DNA of 64,000 nucleotides from a virus (Duplodnaviria; Caudoviricetes): IMG/VR virus record IMGVR_UViG_3300035661_000005; one strand, 5' to 3'. Shown piece by piece: positions 19,471 to 29,545 of this stretch (position 1 is its first letter; each line of letters starts with the position of its first letter). The notes under the pieces were generated by a model. It saw only the letters and a program-made list of their open reading frames with translations, ran no database searches and was not told where the DNA came from. The position numbers and the translations under genes were made by a program.

Positions 19471-20433
19471 ATGCCCTTCAGCCCCGAACAGCTTGCCAAC
19501 ATCAAGATCGTCGTCACTCACGAGAACTGCCAGGACGGGATGGCCTCGGCCCTCCTTCTGAAGGATGCCTTGCGGGACCGGCCGGTCGACATCCGGTTCG
19601 TGCAGCACGGAACGGTGGCCCTTGCGGAGCTGAAGGCGGAGCCCGGGATGCTCTTCTGCGACTTCGCGCCCCCGGCGGAGCGGGCCCAGGAGTTCCTGGA
19701 GGCGGGGGCCCTCATCCTCGACCACCACCGGACCGCCAGGGCCGTCGTGGAGTCCTTCGGGGCCAACGGCATCTTCGCGGACGAGAAGGCGAACCCGGGC
19801 GTCTGTGGGGCCGTCCTGGCCTACGAGCACGTCTGGAAGCCGCTCAACCCGGAGCCCGTATCGCACGAAGCGGCGTGGATCGAGAACTTCGCCCGTCTCG
19901 CGGGCATCCGGGACACCTGGCAGCGGCAGAGCCCGGACTGGGAGAAGGCGTGTGCCCAGGCGGAGCTGCTCTTCTTCATGGGCCCCGATCGGCTCCTCGC
20001 GGGCACGCTGTCCGGGCTGGCGGCCAAGTGGGCGACGGACTTCACCTGGATCGGCGACGTGCTCATGGAGCGCAACGCCCGGTCGGTCCAGAAGGGGATC
20101 AAGGGGGCCTTCCGGTTCAAGACCGGCAATGGGCTCCGGGTCATCATGTTCGAGGGTGTCAGCAAGTCGAGCGACACCGCCGAGGCCGTGGGGTCGGAGT
20201 TCGACCTCGTGATCGGCTTCGGCTACGTGTGCGACGACCCGGCCCGGCCCCCGAAGCTCATCCTCTCAACCCGCTCCCACACGGACTTCGACTGCGCGGC
20301 GTTCGTCAGCCGGTTCGGCGGGGGCGGGCACACCAAGGCGGCCGGCTGCACCATCGAGGCGGAGCCCCTGGAGGCGACCCCGAACCCCTACAAGCTCGTG
20401 ATGGACCTCCTCGACCTCCATGAGCGAGGCTGA
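19471..20433 (+). CDS. DHH/DHHA1 phosphoesterase (NrnB/oligoribonuclease-like)
   Basis: HENCQDG, CDFAP, ILDHH, GIRDTW, FGGGGHTKAAG; GGTGTA 10 nt upstream. Confidence 0.88.
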   Translation: MPFSPEQLANIKIVVTHENCQDGMASALLLKDALRDRPVDIRFVQHGTVALAELKAEPGMLFCDFAPPAERAQEFLEAGALILDHHRTARAVVESFGANGIFADEKANPGVCGAVLAYEHVWKPLNPEPVSHEAAWIENFARLAGIRDTWQRQSPDWEKACAQAELLFFMGPDRLLAGTLSGLAAKWATDFTWIGDVLMERNARSVQKGIKGAFRFKTGNGLRVIMFEGVSKSSDTAEAVGSEFDLVIGFGYVCDDPARPPKLILSTRSHTDFDCAAFVSRFGGGGHTKAAGCTIEAEPLEATPNPYKLVMDLLDLHERG

Positions 20434-20590
20434 CCGCTACACGATCCTCCGGCCGAACCGGCCTCCCCTGTCCTTCGTGGACCCGCGGGAGGCCGTTCGG
20501 TACCTGATCCGGACGACCGGCCCCGCCAAGATGCTCGACCGGCGCGGGAGGGTCCTGATGCCCTGCGTGCTGGTCGAACAGATCGGCTGA
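20420..20590 (+). CDS. small hypothetical protein (56 aa)
   Basis: MSEADRYTILRPNRPP...; overlaps the DHH stop. Confidence 0.45.
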   Translation: MSEADRYTILRPNRPPLSFVDPREAVRYLIRTTGPAKMLDRRGRVLMPCVLVEQIG

Positions 20591-20603
20591 CGCGACGGTC
20601 CGC

Positions 20604-22259
20604 CTACTTCGCTTGCAGATAGCGAGCGACGACGCGGGCCTGCATCGAGGAGAGGACAGAGCGGAACGACTCAAGCTGGTCCCGCGTCATCTCTTTCTCG
20701 GTCACGTAGTAAGAAAAGGCCTCCGCGAACGCTTCGCTTTCGTTGCTCGCCCCGTAGGTCGAGACCGGAAGCACAGGACGCCGATCCTCGGGGGAGACCT
20801 GTCGCTTCATCGCGTTCTCGACTTGATCGAGGAACATGAGCGCGTGCGTCAGATACCCCGCCTGAAGTTCCCAGGCGACGTCGATCCAGTGGTAGACCCG
20901 CCGCAGATTGTCTCGCGCGGTGAGAGGCTCGTACTGCCCGACCCCCGGGATGTCCTTGAGCGCCTCCAGGTGCGCGGTGAGCTTCTGCTGCGCCGTAACT
21001 GCATCCTCGTAGGCGTTCTTCGGCAGCCCACCGAGAAGCCCGGGCGACGAGAACTCGACGAGGTTCGGCGGCTCCACGTACTGCATCGAATCCGTGAGCG
21101 TCGCGTGCTGGAGCGCGTCGGCGATCATCTCGTCCGGGGTGACCTGTGCATCCGGGGGCGTCACGAACTTGTCGGCCTTCGAGAGATCCTCTTTGAGACG
21201 CTTGAGGGCGCTCGGAAGATAGTCGATGAACGTCCCCAGCTCTTTGCGGGCGGCCTGGGTTTTTGACTCCCATCGTCGCGGATCGACCACGGGGTCCGTC
21301 TTCACGCGGAGCAGTGACTCGAACTTCCGTCGCTGTCCCTCGTGCATGAACTTGAACCAGTAGCGGTGCCCCAGCTCGTGCGCGAGCAGTTCCACAACGC
21401 CATGACTGGGACGCTGGTAGATGTTCACGACGTCGGGGCCGTAGGGGTAGTCGCCGCCGACACCGTACTCCGAGCCGTTCGGGTTGACCCCCCCACACTC
21501 GTCGCACTTCACGAAGATCGTCCCGTACCAGACGCGATCGAGCTTCTTCGCCTTGAGCATGTGGTACGTCTCGTCGAAGAGCCGGACGTACTTCTTGGCG
21601 AGGTTCGAGTTCACGGTGCGGTCGTCGATGACGACCTTCATCCCGTAGAGATCGAACTGCGACTCGGCGCTCTGACCCCAGTCCTTCTCGATCCGCTCCG
21701 GGTTGACCTTGCGGGCTTCTTCGATCTCTGCGGCCTCGGCTCGAAGAAGCCCCAACACGTCGTCGAAGAGTTCGGTGAGGTGCCCATTTCGGGTCTTGTT
21801 CCAACGCCCCTTGGACGGGTCCGGGCGGGTCTGGACCTGAACTTCCAGCATCTCGTGGAACTTCGTCCGGTATAGCTCGAACATCCGTTCGGCATCTTCC
21901 GGCGTGAACGTCCCTAGGGGCATCCTGGTCGTGTGCGTCGCAACGCGCATCCAGTGCTGGGCCTTGCCCCGGAGGTCCAGCACCTGATCCCGAAGCTTCT
22001 TGAGCGCGACCCGCAGCTTGTTGGGCCGTTCCTTCGACTCGGAGTTCACCATCGAGGGGGACAGGCGGACGAGTCGGATCTGCTCCTCTAGCTTGTCGAC
22101 GAACGCCACGAGCTTGTCGAAGGCTCGAAGCACGTCGTGCCAATCCGAGATCGTAGGATGCAGAAGCGAGAGCCACCCACGACGCACGGCCATGAGCCAA
22201 GACTTCGTGAGCATCTCGGCCTGGAACTGACGGGCCACACGTTCTTGCACGGAGATCAT
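20604..22259 (-). CDS. zincin metallopeptidase (HExxH...ExFAE), tagged at both termini
   Basis: LAHELGHRYWFK, then PVSTYGASNESEAFAEAF. N-term ERVARQFQA, C-term RVVARYLQA. Confidence 0.8.
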   Translation of the reverse strand: MISVQERVARQFQAEMLTKSWLMAVRRGWLSLLHPTISDWHDVLRAFDKLVAFVDKLEEQIRLVRLSPSMVNSESKERPNKLRVALKKLRDQVLDLRGKAQHWMRVATHTTRMPLGTFTPEDAERMFELYRTKFHEMLEVQVQTRPDPSKGRWNKTRNGHLTELFDDVLGLLRAEAAEIEEARKVNPERIEKDWGQSAESQFDLYGMKVVIDDRTVNSNLAKKYVRLFDETYHMLKAKKLDRVWYGTIFVKCDECGGVNPNGSEYGVGGDYPYGPDVVNIYQRPSHGVVELLAHELGHRYWFKFMHEGQRRKFESLLRVKTDPVVDPRRWESKTQAARKELGTFIDYLPSALKRLKEDLSKADKFVTPPDAQVTPDEMIADALQHATLTDSMQYVEPPNLVEFSSPGLLGGLPKNAYEDAVTAQQKLTAHLEALKDIPGVGQYEPLTARDNLRRVYHWIDVAWELQAGYLTHALMFLDQVENAMKRQVSPEDRRPVLPVSTYGASNESEAFAEAFSYYVTEKEMTRDQLESFRSVLSSMQARVVARYLQAK

Positions 22260-23770
22260 TGCGCGCCCTCATCGGTAAGCGATGGGATACCCATTTCTTT
22301 GAGGAACCGGGCCACCACCTTAGAAGACATCGAGGAGATCACGGACCGGAACGATTCGAGCTGATCTCGGGTGATCTCCCGCTCCATGACGTAGTGCATG
22401 AAGACCTCGGCGAAGGCCTCGCGAATGTTCGATTCGCCGTAGTCAGAGACAGGCGCCACACGCGATTCGTCCCTCGGGTCGAACTTCTGGGCTTCGTTCG
22501 CGATACGGCGAGCGTATGCCTCGACCGCCTCCGCCCAGCCCTTGAAGGCCTCGTCCCAGGGTTTGTGTGTCTTCTTGATGGTCGCCTCGAAGCGCGTCCA
22601 CGAGTTCGCGATCTCCGCGAGCTTCTCGGAGTCCTCGGCAAGCGGTCGGATGCCCGCTTCCGACGTGTACTTGCTGAGCGTCGTCACGAGCGTCTGGATG
22701 TTCCTCACGTAGCCCGCCACAAGGTCGTTGAAGTCTCGCTTCACGTCGCTCGGGAGCAGGTCCCGACGCTGATAGCCCATCGCAGCGTCGACCAGTTGCT
22801 TGCACGCCCAGTAGATTTTCTGGATCGGGTTCGCCATCGGCACCTTCGGCCGATGCTTGTTCCGATCCGGCGCGCGAACCAAGTCCTCGAACTTGGCGCG
22901 CTGGCCCGAGTCCATGCTCTTGAACCAGTAGCGGTGCCCCAGCTCGTGAAGCACGAGTTCGATGACGAAACGTGCGGGCCGCGTGAAGATGCGCACGACG
23001 TCTTCGCGGGACGTGTAGTTTCCGCCGACGCCTCTCGACGTGTTCGGATTCTCGCCGCCGCAGCTCTCGCACTCGATCAAGACGGTCCCGTACCACGCCT
23101 TGTGGAGCTTCTTCGCGCGCAGGAGCGCGTACGCCTCGTCGAGAAGCCGAATGTAGTCGCGAATCTGCTTCGCGGTGACCGTCTTGTCGTTGACGACGAT
23201 CTTCATCCCGTAGAGGTCGAACTCCTTGAAGCTCGGCTGCCCCCACGTGCTCTCGGTGCCCTCGGGGTCTACGTCGAGAGACTTGTCGATCTTCCTCGCG
23301 TCGGAACGAAGATCCGCGAAGAGCTTGTCGATCAGCTCGGTGATCTCACCCTCGCGCGTGCCGCTTGGTGCCTTCGGTGCCTTGAAACGAGTCGTCAGGA
23401 GCTGCGGAAACTTTGTCCGGTACAGCTCGAACATCTTCTCACCTTCGGCTGGGTCCGCCCAGTCTCGGATCCCAGTGGCGACCTCGTGCCAATGCCTCGC
23501 GCTGTATCGGTTGTCCTTGATCGCGGCCTCGATGCGATCAAACTGTACGTCGAGAGCCGTCTCCAAGGACTTGGGCGCGCGGCGAACGAAGTTCACCTGC
23601 GCTCGAAGGTTCTTGATGTACGCGAGCAGGCCGTCGAACGCCTTGAAAACGTCCTGCCACGTCTCGATGTGCGGGTTCGTCAGGTGCTCCCATGCGCGCT
23701 GGACGCCCGCGAGCCAATCCTTCGTCAGAAGCTCCGCCTCGAATGTGCGTGAGATTCGATCAAGGCTCAT
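22256..23770 (-). CDS. zincin metallopeptidase paralogue, tagged at both termini
   Basis: Start MSLDRISRTFEAE at 23770; LHELGHRYWFK...PVSDYGESNIREAFAEVF; C-term SKVVARFLK; collinear with 20604..22259. Confidence 0.8.
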   Translation of the reverse strand: MSLDRISRTFEAELLTKDWLAGVQRAWEHLTNPHIETWQDVFKAFDGLLAYIKNLRAQVNFVRRAPKSLETALDVQFDRIEAAIKDNRYSARHWHEVATGIRDWADPAEGEKMFELYRTKFPQLLTTRFKAPKAPSGTREGEITELIDKLFADLRSDARKIDKSLDVDPEGTESTWGQPSFKEFDLYGMKIVVNDKTVTAKQIRDYIRLLDEAYALLRAKKLHKAWYGTVLIECESCGGENPNTSRGVGGNYTSREDVVRIFTRPARFVIELVLHELGHRYWFKSMDSGQRAKFEDLVRAPDRNKHRPKVPMANPIQKIYWACKQLVDAAMGYQRRDLLPSDVKRDFNDLVAGYVRNIQTLVTTLSKYTSEAGIRPLAEDSEKLAEIANSWTRFEATIKKTHKPWDEAFKGWAEAVEAYARRIANEAQKFDPRDESRVAPVSDYGESNIREAFAEVFMHYVMEREITRDQLESFRSVISSMSSKVVARFLKEMGIPSLTDEGAQ

Positions 23771-23774
23771 CGTC

Positions 23775-25049
23775 CTACTCCGTCGACAGAAACCGCGTGA
23801 CCACCCGGGCGGAGAGCTTGCTCTGCCACAGTGCGCCCGAAAGGCTCTGCCACTTACGCTCCGTGAACGACTCGCCTCGATCGAGCTTGTCGACCCCGCT
23901 CGCGATCTTGAACTGCCTGAAGCCGCGTTCGAGGACAACTTTCTGCTTGTCTGAGAGCGTCTCCCAGGTCTTGCCGCGACCCATCTGGCGGGCGATGGAG
24001 TCCGCGAAGTCCATCATGAACTTGTTGCCCGCAGCCGTCGCCGCTTCCCCGAGGCGGCGCACTTTGTCGAGCATCTCGTTGCCCGCCCCGGCCGGGGGAT
24101 GCGAGACGGGTTTGGGGGCGGGATCCGGCGGAGCAGCCTTCGCCTTCTCCGCCTGCTTGTCCTTCTCGATGACCCTGTGCGCGGTGTTCTTGGCGGCCTC
24201 CAAGTCCTTGAAGATGGAGGGGCCGCGGTAGATACTCTCGCCGTTCTTCTGAACGTACAGCGTCCACCCTTCGATGTTGTCGTACTGGGTCAACCGCACG
24301 TAGAGACTGGCCTCGTACGGCGGCTCCTGGTAGGTCCACTTGCCAGGTCCGGCGAAGAACCCGTCGCTGGGCACCCAGCCCTCGCGTCGGAACTCACGGC
24401 CAAGCGCCTCAAGCTCGTGGACCTCCTCTTTCCTGCGGCGCTCCTCTTCCTCTTTCTTGTGGCGCTCGGCCTCTTGCTCCGCCTGTGCCTTGCGGCGCAG
24501 CTCTTCGATCATGGGCAGCTTCGGCGCGTACCTCGAATGGAGCGCATTGAGGTACTGCTCCTGCTTGGGGGACAGGGCGTACCCACGACCGAGCTTCCCG
24601 GCCATGTCCCGTAGGAAGGCGGCGCCCTTGGCGTCGCCCAGCAGGTGCGCGACCTCCGACAACTGCTCGGTCGGACGATCCGTCCGAGACTCGTAGCGCG
24701 GGGTGCTCTTGGGCAGGATCGCGCGAGGAAGACGTCCGCCTGCGAAGGTCTCGCCAGCGTACTCCCTGCCGACGTACCAACTGTTACCCTCGTTGTCGTG
24801 GGCGTACCCATCGGCGTCGACGTAGACCTCAGACGCCTGCTTCATCATCGCGAGTCGGACGAGAGCGCGGTACATGGCCGTCTTCCCCATGCTGAGCGGA
24901 AACGTGACCTCGATCCCATCGTTTTCGGAGTTGCCGCCCCAGAGAACCACATCGCCGACTCCCCACTCGATGGGCGGGAACGACAACCCTTCAACCACCT
25001 TAAGGAGACGAGCCATCTCCAACGGGACTCGGATTCCGATCACCGCCAT
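23775..25049 (-). CDS. mosaic protein with a core-deleted 2H phosphoesterase remnant at the N-terminus and a C-terminal RVVTRFL motif
   Basis: GIRVPLEMARLL and W.V..VVLWGG....V.FPLS.G match both ends of 55059..55628 but lack both HxT motifs; two LS[PD]KQ segments. Confidence 0.75.
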   Translation of the reverse strand: MAVIGIRVPLEMARLLKVVEGLSFPPIEWGVGDVVLWGGNSENDGIEVTFPLSMGKTAMYRALVRLAMMKQASEVYVDADGYAHDNEGNSWYVGREYAGETFAGGRLPRAILPKSTPRYESRTDRPTEQLSEVAHLLGDAKGAAFLRDMAGKLGRGYALSPKQEQYLNALHSRYAPKLPMIEELRRKAQAEQEAERHKKEEEERRRKEEVHELEALGREFRREGWVPSDGFFAGPGKWTYQEPPYEASLYVRLTQYDNIEGWTLYVQKNGESIYRGPSIFKDLEAAKNTAHRVIEKDKQAEKAKAAPPDPAPKPVSHPPAGAGNEMLDKVRRLGEAATAAGNKFMMDFADSIARQMGRGKTWETLSDKQKVVLERGFRQFKIASGVDKLDRGESFTERKWQSLSGALWQSKLSARVVTRFLSTE

Positions 25050-25101
25050 GTCGTAAGGGCTACCTGAAAAGAAGTTGTTTCATGAGGTAAGTGAGAGTAT
25101 A

Positions 25102-25746
25102 ATGAGGGTGTCGACTTACATCCTGATAGACCCTAAAACAGAGGAGATCTGCTACGTCGGGTGGACCACCTACCCGCTACAACAGCGGCTACGATGGCAC
25201 CTCCGTGAACGAAAGCGCTCCCATCGAACGCACTGGCTTCAAGGTCTAGTGCGGCAAGGGCTCGCCCCTCGCATCCAACACATACAAGAGGTCCCCATCG
25301 GAAGTTGGGAGCAAGCGGAACGGTATTGGATCTCGTTTTTCCGCAGCATTGGATGCCCGCTCGTGAACGGCACCGATGGTGGGGAGGGGATGCGTGGGCA
25401 CGTCGTAACAGAGGAAACGAGAGCCAAACTTCGACGTGCCGCGTTGCGACAGTTTCAAGATCCGAAGGCACGTACCGCAGTGGGTCGGATCCACAAGGGG
25501 AAGAGGATCTCCGACGAACACAAGCAACGTATTGCCGAGGGCACGAAGAGGCGGTGGGCCGAGTGGCGGGCCTCTGGGAAGAGCGTGTCTGAAGAGACCT
25601 GTGCGAAGATCAGCGCCTCCAGAAAAGGACAGCGGCTCACCGAGGAGCACAAGGCCAAAATCAGTACCACCACGAAAGGAAGGCCCAAGTCCGAGGAGCA
25701 CAAGGCCAAGATCGCAGCGGCACTGCGGAATCGGAAGGCGTACTAA
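25102..25746 (+). CDS. free-standing GIY-YIG homing endonuclease with NUMOD3-like repeats
   Basis: TYILIDP...CYVGWT...RLRWH, ERYWI, LVNGTDGGEG, repeated (S/T)EE(T/H)(R/K)AKIS units; lower GC than flanks. Confidence 0.88.
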   Translation: MRVSTYILIDPKTEEICYVGWTTYPLQQRLRWHLRERKRSHRTHWLQGLVRQGLAPRIQHIQEVPIGSWEQAERYWISFFRSIGCPLVNGTDGGEGMRGHVVTEETRAKLRRAALRQFQDPKARTAVGRIHKGKRISDEHKQRIAEGTKRRWAEWRASGKSVSEETCAKISASRKGQRLTEEHKAKISTTTKGRPKSEEHKAKIAAALRNRKAY

Positions 25747-25770
25747 AGATTTTAACGTCGCCTCTGGGGT

Positions 25771-26330
25771 ATGCCCCTGGATCTCCCCGCCCGCGCCGGT
25801 TCCGAACGTGATCTCGCCATCCTCCACCGGGTCGCCGAAGGTCGCCACGACCCGATCGAATGGGCGTCCATCACCTCGACGTACGAAGGCCACACGGCCG
25901 GGGTGCGGATCAAATGTGTCCGCCTCGCTCCAGCAGCAGATCGCGGATCTTCTCGACTGCGTGCTGCTCACGCCGAAGCTCGCGGACCTCATCTGGCTCC
26001 AGCGACAGGTGACGCTCCCGCCGTTCCCCCGATGGAACACGAACAGGATGGACACCACCCAGGCGATGATCGATCACTCGAAGAAGATCGACGACGCGCT
26101 GGCGGCCCTCGGCAACCCCACCGGCCTCATTTCGACGATCGGTAAGCACTGGCTCATCGACAACGACAATGACGGCCACCTGATCTACGGCGTCCCGTGT
26201 GCGGAGAACTACGGCTGGCACTTCGACGGACCCAGCTACCAAGGGTGCTACGGGCCGCCAGGCTCGCTCCCCGCGTGCCCCTTGCGGGGGCCGGTGTTGT
26301 CTGTAGTTACACCGGACGGGGGCCGGCGAC
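25771..26330 (+). pseudogene. frameshifted, truncated paralogue of 55661..56512
   Basis: ERDLAILHRVAEG...GVRI, then a +1 shift at ATCAAATGTG (~25910) into NVSASLQQQIADLLDCVLLTPKLADLI...MIDHSKKID...NYGWHF; the C-terminal third is missing. Confidence 0.8.
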
Positions 26331-26360
26331 CGATAATCTATTTTTCAGTCCACCGTGGGC

Positions 26361-26624
26361 ATGACCTACGATCGTCGAATGAAGGTGGCTGGTGGACACG
26401 ACGCCAAGGGTACGTACGACTGGCTGGAGAAGGCCCGGGAGAACATGGCCGGCATCGGTGCCGACGCCTACGTGGCCCTCGAACAGGTCGCTCGCTTCTC
26501 GGACGTTCCCGAGGCCGCCAGGTTCGCCAAGGCGCTCAGGGACCGGCTCGTGGAGATGGAGAAGCTCATCGAGATCTACCTCCACAACAACCGCGATCTG
26601 ACCCGTCCGCCCCCGCGCGTCTGA
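26361..26624 (+). CDS. hypothetical protein
   Basis: MTYDRRMKVA..., 87 aa; TCTATT 24 nt upstream. Confidence 0.7.
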   Translation: MTYDRRMKVAGGHDAKGTYDWLEKARENMAGIGADAYVALEQVARFSDVPEAARFAKALRDRLVEMEKLIEIYLHNNRDLTRPPPRV

Positions 26625-26655
26625 GGCTTCCGCCCCCGCGCGTCTGAGGCTTCCG
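26606..26655. repeat. perfect 23-bp tandem duplication at a gene junction
   Basis: TCCGCCCCCGCGCGTCTGAGGCT x2. Confidence 0.9.
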
Positions 26656-27149
26656 TGATCGACCGTTTTCGCGTTGTCGCCCGTTTCCTAGAGGCTCGGC
26701 CCACGGGTCCGGCCAAGGGCTGGGAACGTCGCAAGGAGAACGACAGCCTGGCGGAAAACAGCATCCCGCCGGAGCATCTTCTCTTCTGGCGGAAGATCAA
26801 GAACCACTTCAAGGGCACGCCAGATCAGCGAGCCGAGCAGTTCATGGAGTACCTCGACCTCCATCCCGGTGAGAGCGACGAGTGGCTCTTCGAACATGCC
26901 GATAAGGAGTTGGGGAAGGCGACCCGGAAGCACGAGCGCGAGCAGATGGTGAACCACAAGCTGGAGCAGAACTGCGACAAGGCCCAGACCAAGTACGAGG
27001 ACGCCTGGTACAAGGAGCAGGAGCGTCAGACGCAGGAGAAGGCCAAGCTCAAGGCGCTCCAGGAGCGGGCCAATTCGACCTGCCGGGCGTGCCCAACCTG
27101 CGAACAGGTTGGCGACAACAAGCCCTACGACGACGTGGTTCCGTTCTGA
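26655..27149 (+). CDS. hypothetical protein with N-terminal RVVARFL motif
   Basis: MIDRFRVVARFLEAR; C-terminal coiled coil and CRACPTC. Confidence 0.75.
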   Translation: MIDRFRVVARFLEARPTGPAKGWERRKENDSLAENSIPPEHLLFWRKIKNHFKGTPDQRAEQFMEYLDLHPGESDEWLFEHADKELGKATRKHEREQMVNHKLEQNCDKAQTKYEDAWYKEQERQTQEKAKLKALQERANSTCRACPTCEQVGDNKPYDDVVPF

Positions 27150-27445
27150 GCAGTGCTTGCAGGTCACCTTGGACTCGTCCTCGGTGATGTTCTTCGGCGT
27201 GGCGGTGCGACACGGCGCACCGCCACGCGTAGACGTTGCCCTTGACGTGCATCGCCGGGAAGCCCTCCTTCTTGACGGGCGGTGACATCATCGATGACCC
27301 GCTCCAGGATGTGCGTCTCGGAGAGCTTGGCCCAACGATGAACGTGGGGTCGATCCCGGGCGGGCAGGAGACGTCATCGGCGGTCACCCCCGGTTCAGGC
27401 GCTTGACGGGGGCTTCATTCCTCCTCTTATACATCTGGCAAGGTG

Positions 27446-28291
27446 ATGGCTTCGGAGAGAAGCATGTCCCAGATGACCGAACGGGTGGCGGCCCGCTACA
27501 AGTCGAAGAAGCGGATCAAGACGCAGGACGGCGACACGATGACGGTCTACGAGTACTCGGACCGTCAGATCGCGAACCGCCACAAGCAGAAGGCGGAACG
27601 CTACGAGAAGCTCAAGGGCAAAATCAGCGACCTCCAGGCAAAGGTCAAGAAAGACCTGAAGTCCGACGACCCGGAGAAGAAGCTGACGGCCCTCGCCGTG
27701 GCCCTGATAGACCACACGTACGAGCGCGTCGGCAACGACGAGTCGGCCCAGGACGGGCACTTCGGCGTGACAGGATGGCAGCGCAAACACCTGAGCTTCG
27801 GCCGGGACGTTTCCCTGAATTACGTTGGGAAGTCGGGCGTCAAGCACAAGAAGAAGGTTACGGACGCGGCCATCAAAAAGGCCCTGCGGGACGCCTACGA
27901 GGCCCACGAGGAGGAGGATGCCTGCCTCTTCGAGTGGGAGGGTGGCAAGGTCTCCGCGGAGCATGTGAACACCTACCTGAAGGACTTCGGTGTGACGGCG
28001 AAGGACCTCCGTGGCTTCCACGCGAATCGCGAGATGGTCGACCGACTCAAGGCGGTCCGGAAGGGCAAGCTCCCCGAGGACAAGAAGGAACGGGAGAAGC
28101 AGCTCAAGGACGAATTCAAGACCGCCTTGGAGGAGACGGCTGAGATCGTCGGTCACGAGCCGGCCACGCTGAGGTCGCAGTACCTCGTGCCGAACCTCGA
28201 AGACTCCTATGTGAAGGACGGGACGATCATCTCCTCTTACACGAAGAGCGCGTCCGAGCGGATCGTCGAGCGTTACCTGGCGGTCCGATGA
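27446..28291 (+). CDS. DNA topoisomerase IB (catalytic core), tagged at both termini
   Basis: Catalytic pentad R(VGN), K(SG), KDLR, GH, QYL; N-term ERVAARYK, C-term ERIVERYL. Confidence 0.9.
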   Translation: MASERSMSQMTERVAARYKSKKRIKTQDGDTMTVYEYSDRQIANRHKQKAERYEKLKGKISDLQAKVKKDLKSDDPEKKLTALAVALIDHTYERVGNDESAQDGHFGVTGWQRKHLSFGRDVSLNYVGKSGVKHKKKVTDAAIKKALRDAYEAHEEEDACLFEWEGGKVSAEHVNTYLKDFGVTAKDLRGFHANREMVDRLKAVRKGKLPEDKKEREKQLKDEFKTALEETAEIVGHEPATLRSQYLVPNLEDSYVKDGTIISSYTKSASERIVERYLAVR

Positions 28292-28335
28292 GCCTTGCCT
28301 CGCGGGTCCTCAGCCGGTTAGTAGATCCGTCCTAG
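28288..28335 (+). pseudogene. 15-codon remnant carrying only the terminal motif
   Basis: ATGA overlap with topo IB; MSLASRVLSRLVDPS*. Confidence 0.5.
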
Positions 28336-28600
28336 AGGGCGTCGGCCAGCACGGTGCGGAAGGACTCGATCTGGTCCTGATCCATGTCCCTATCGTACAC
28401 GTAGTGGAGGAACGCCTCGGCAAACGCCTCCTCGATGCTGCTCTTGCCGTAGTTGGACACTGGCGCGACGGGCTTCTTCCAACCTTCCAGATCGACGGGC
28501 CCACTCGGGAAGTCCCGGACCTTGACGGAGCTGTTCGTCCGCACGAGGTCATTGAATCGCGCACGGTTGGCGGGCGTCATGAACTTGAACCAATAGGACT
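28332..28600 (-). pseudogene. C-terminal remnant of the zincin family, lacking HExxH
   Basis: SYWFKFMTPANRARFNDLVR...PVAPVSNYGKSSIEEAFAEAF...DQIESFRTVL matches the C-termini of 20604 and 22256. Confidence 0.8.
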
Positions 28601-28627
28601 GTGCGCCACGACGAAGGCCGCCCCCGG

Positions 28628-28655
28628 TTGATCGCGCAAACCTCGCCGATGTAGA
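28628..28655 (+). promoter_or_regulatory. class A promoter-like motif
   Basis: TTGATC-N16-TGTAGA; GGAGG SD before ATG 28682. Confidence 0.7.
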
Positions 28656-28681
28656 GCGGGAAGCCGTTCCGGAGGGACTTC

Positions 28682-29545
28682 ATGCTCGACCTGCGCACCG
28701 TTCAGCTGACCTCGACCACCTACCCCGTCGTCCTCCAGCAGCTCATTGACGAGGTGGGTGAGATGGACGCGCACGAGGCGCATCTCGACCTCGACCTGCG
28801 GGGGATGGTCGGGCTGATGGGGAAGTACCCCCACAACAACGACGCCTACCACAACGGCGAGACGGTCCTCGTTCACGTCGGCTGGGTCATCGACGACGTC
28901 CACAAGACCACCGAGGGCTTCGACCCCGAGCGGCGCCAGGCGCTGCTTCTTGCGGGCCTCTTCCACGACCTCGGGAAGGCTTACACCTACGCCTACAACG
29001 AAGAGAAGCAGAGGCACACCTTCTACGACCACCCGAAGGTCTCGGTATCGATCGCCGAGGTGCTCCTCGAACGCCACAAGGAGGCCTTGGGCGGGCTCTA
29101 CCAGCGGGTCCTCGACCTGACCCGGCTCCACGACGTCCTCTTCGCCCTGGCGGCCAACAAGCCGAAGGGTGGGGGCTCGGTCAAGTACGTCGAGCTGCTC
29201 TTCAAGGAAGCCCTCCGTGTAGAGGGCTTCCTTGAAGACCTCCTGGCGTTCGCGAAGGCGGACTCGCACCGTGCCCGTTGCTACCAGGAGAAGCTCGCGG
29301 ACATCGAGGGGATCCTCGTGGACCTGGAGCGCTTCAAGGGCGAAGCGGCGGCCAAGAAGGCGGAGAAGGCCCTCCTGGAGACCAACGCCAAGACCAAGCT
29401 GCCCGAGATTCAGGCGCTCCTCGTGGCGGAGGGGCTGCCAGCGGCGGCCGAGGAGCCGGACCTCAAGGCGATCCGGACCTACCTCGGGCGGGCGAAACGC
29501 TTCGAGCTAATCAAGCGGATCGAGGCGATTGTGACGGCTCCTTGA
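28682..29545 (+). CDS. HD-domain phosphohydrolase
   Basis: YHNGETVLVH, LAGLFHDLGK, FYDH, RLHD, AKADS. Confidence 0.85.
   Translation: MLDLRTVQLTSTTYPVVLQQLIDEVGEMDAHEAHLDLDLRGMVGLMGKYPHNNDAYHNGETVLVHVGWVIDDVHKTTEGFDPERRQALLLAGLFHDLGKAYTYAYNEEKQRHTFYDHPKVSVSIAEVLLERHKEALGGLYQRVLDLTRLHDVLFALAANKPKGGGSVKYVELLFKEALRVEGFLEDLLAFAKADSHRARCYQEKLADIEGILVDLERFKGEAAAKKAEKALLETNAKTKLPEIQALLVAEGLPAAAEEPDLKAIRTYLGRAKRFELIKRIEAIVTAP

Noticed and set aside
27150-27390. Minus-strand Cys-containing fragment with a 12-bp hairpin (27198-27227)
   Set aside because: No single clean reading frame; it could be a decayed small gene, with too little evidence to call.
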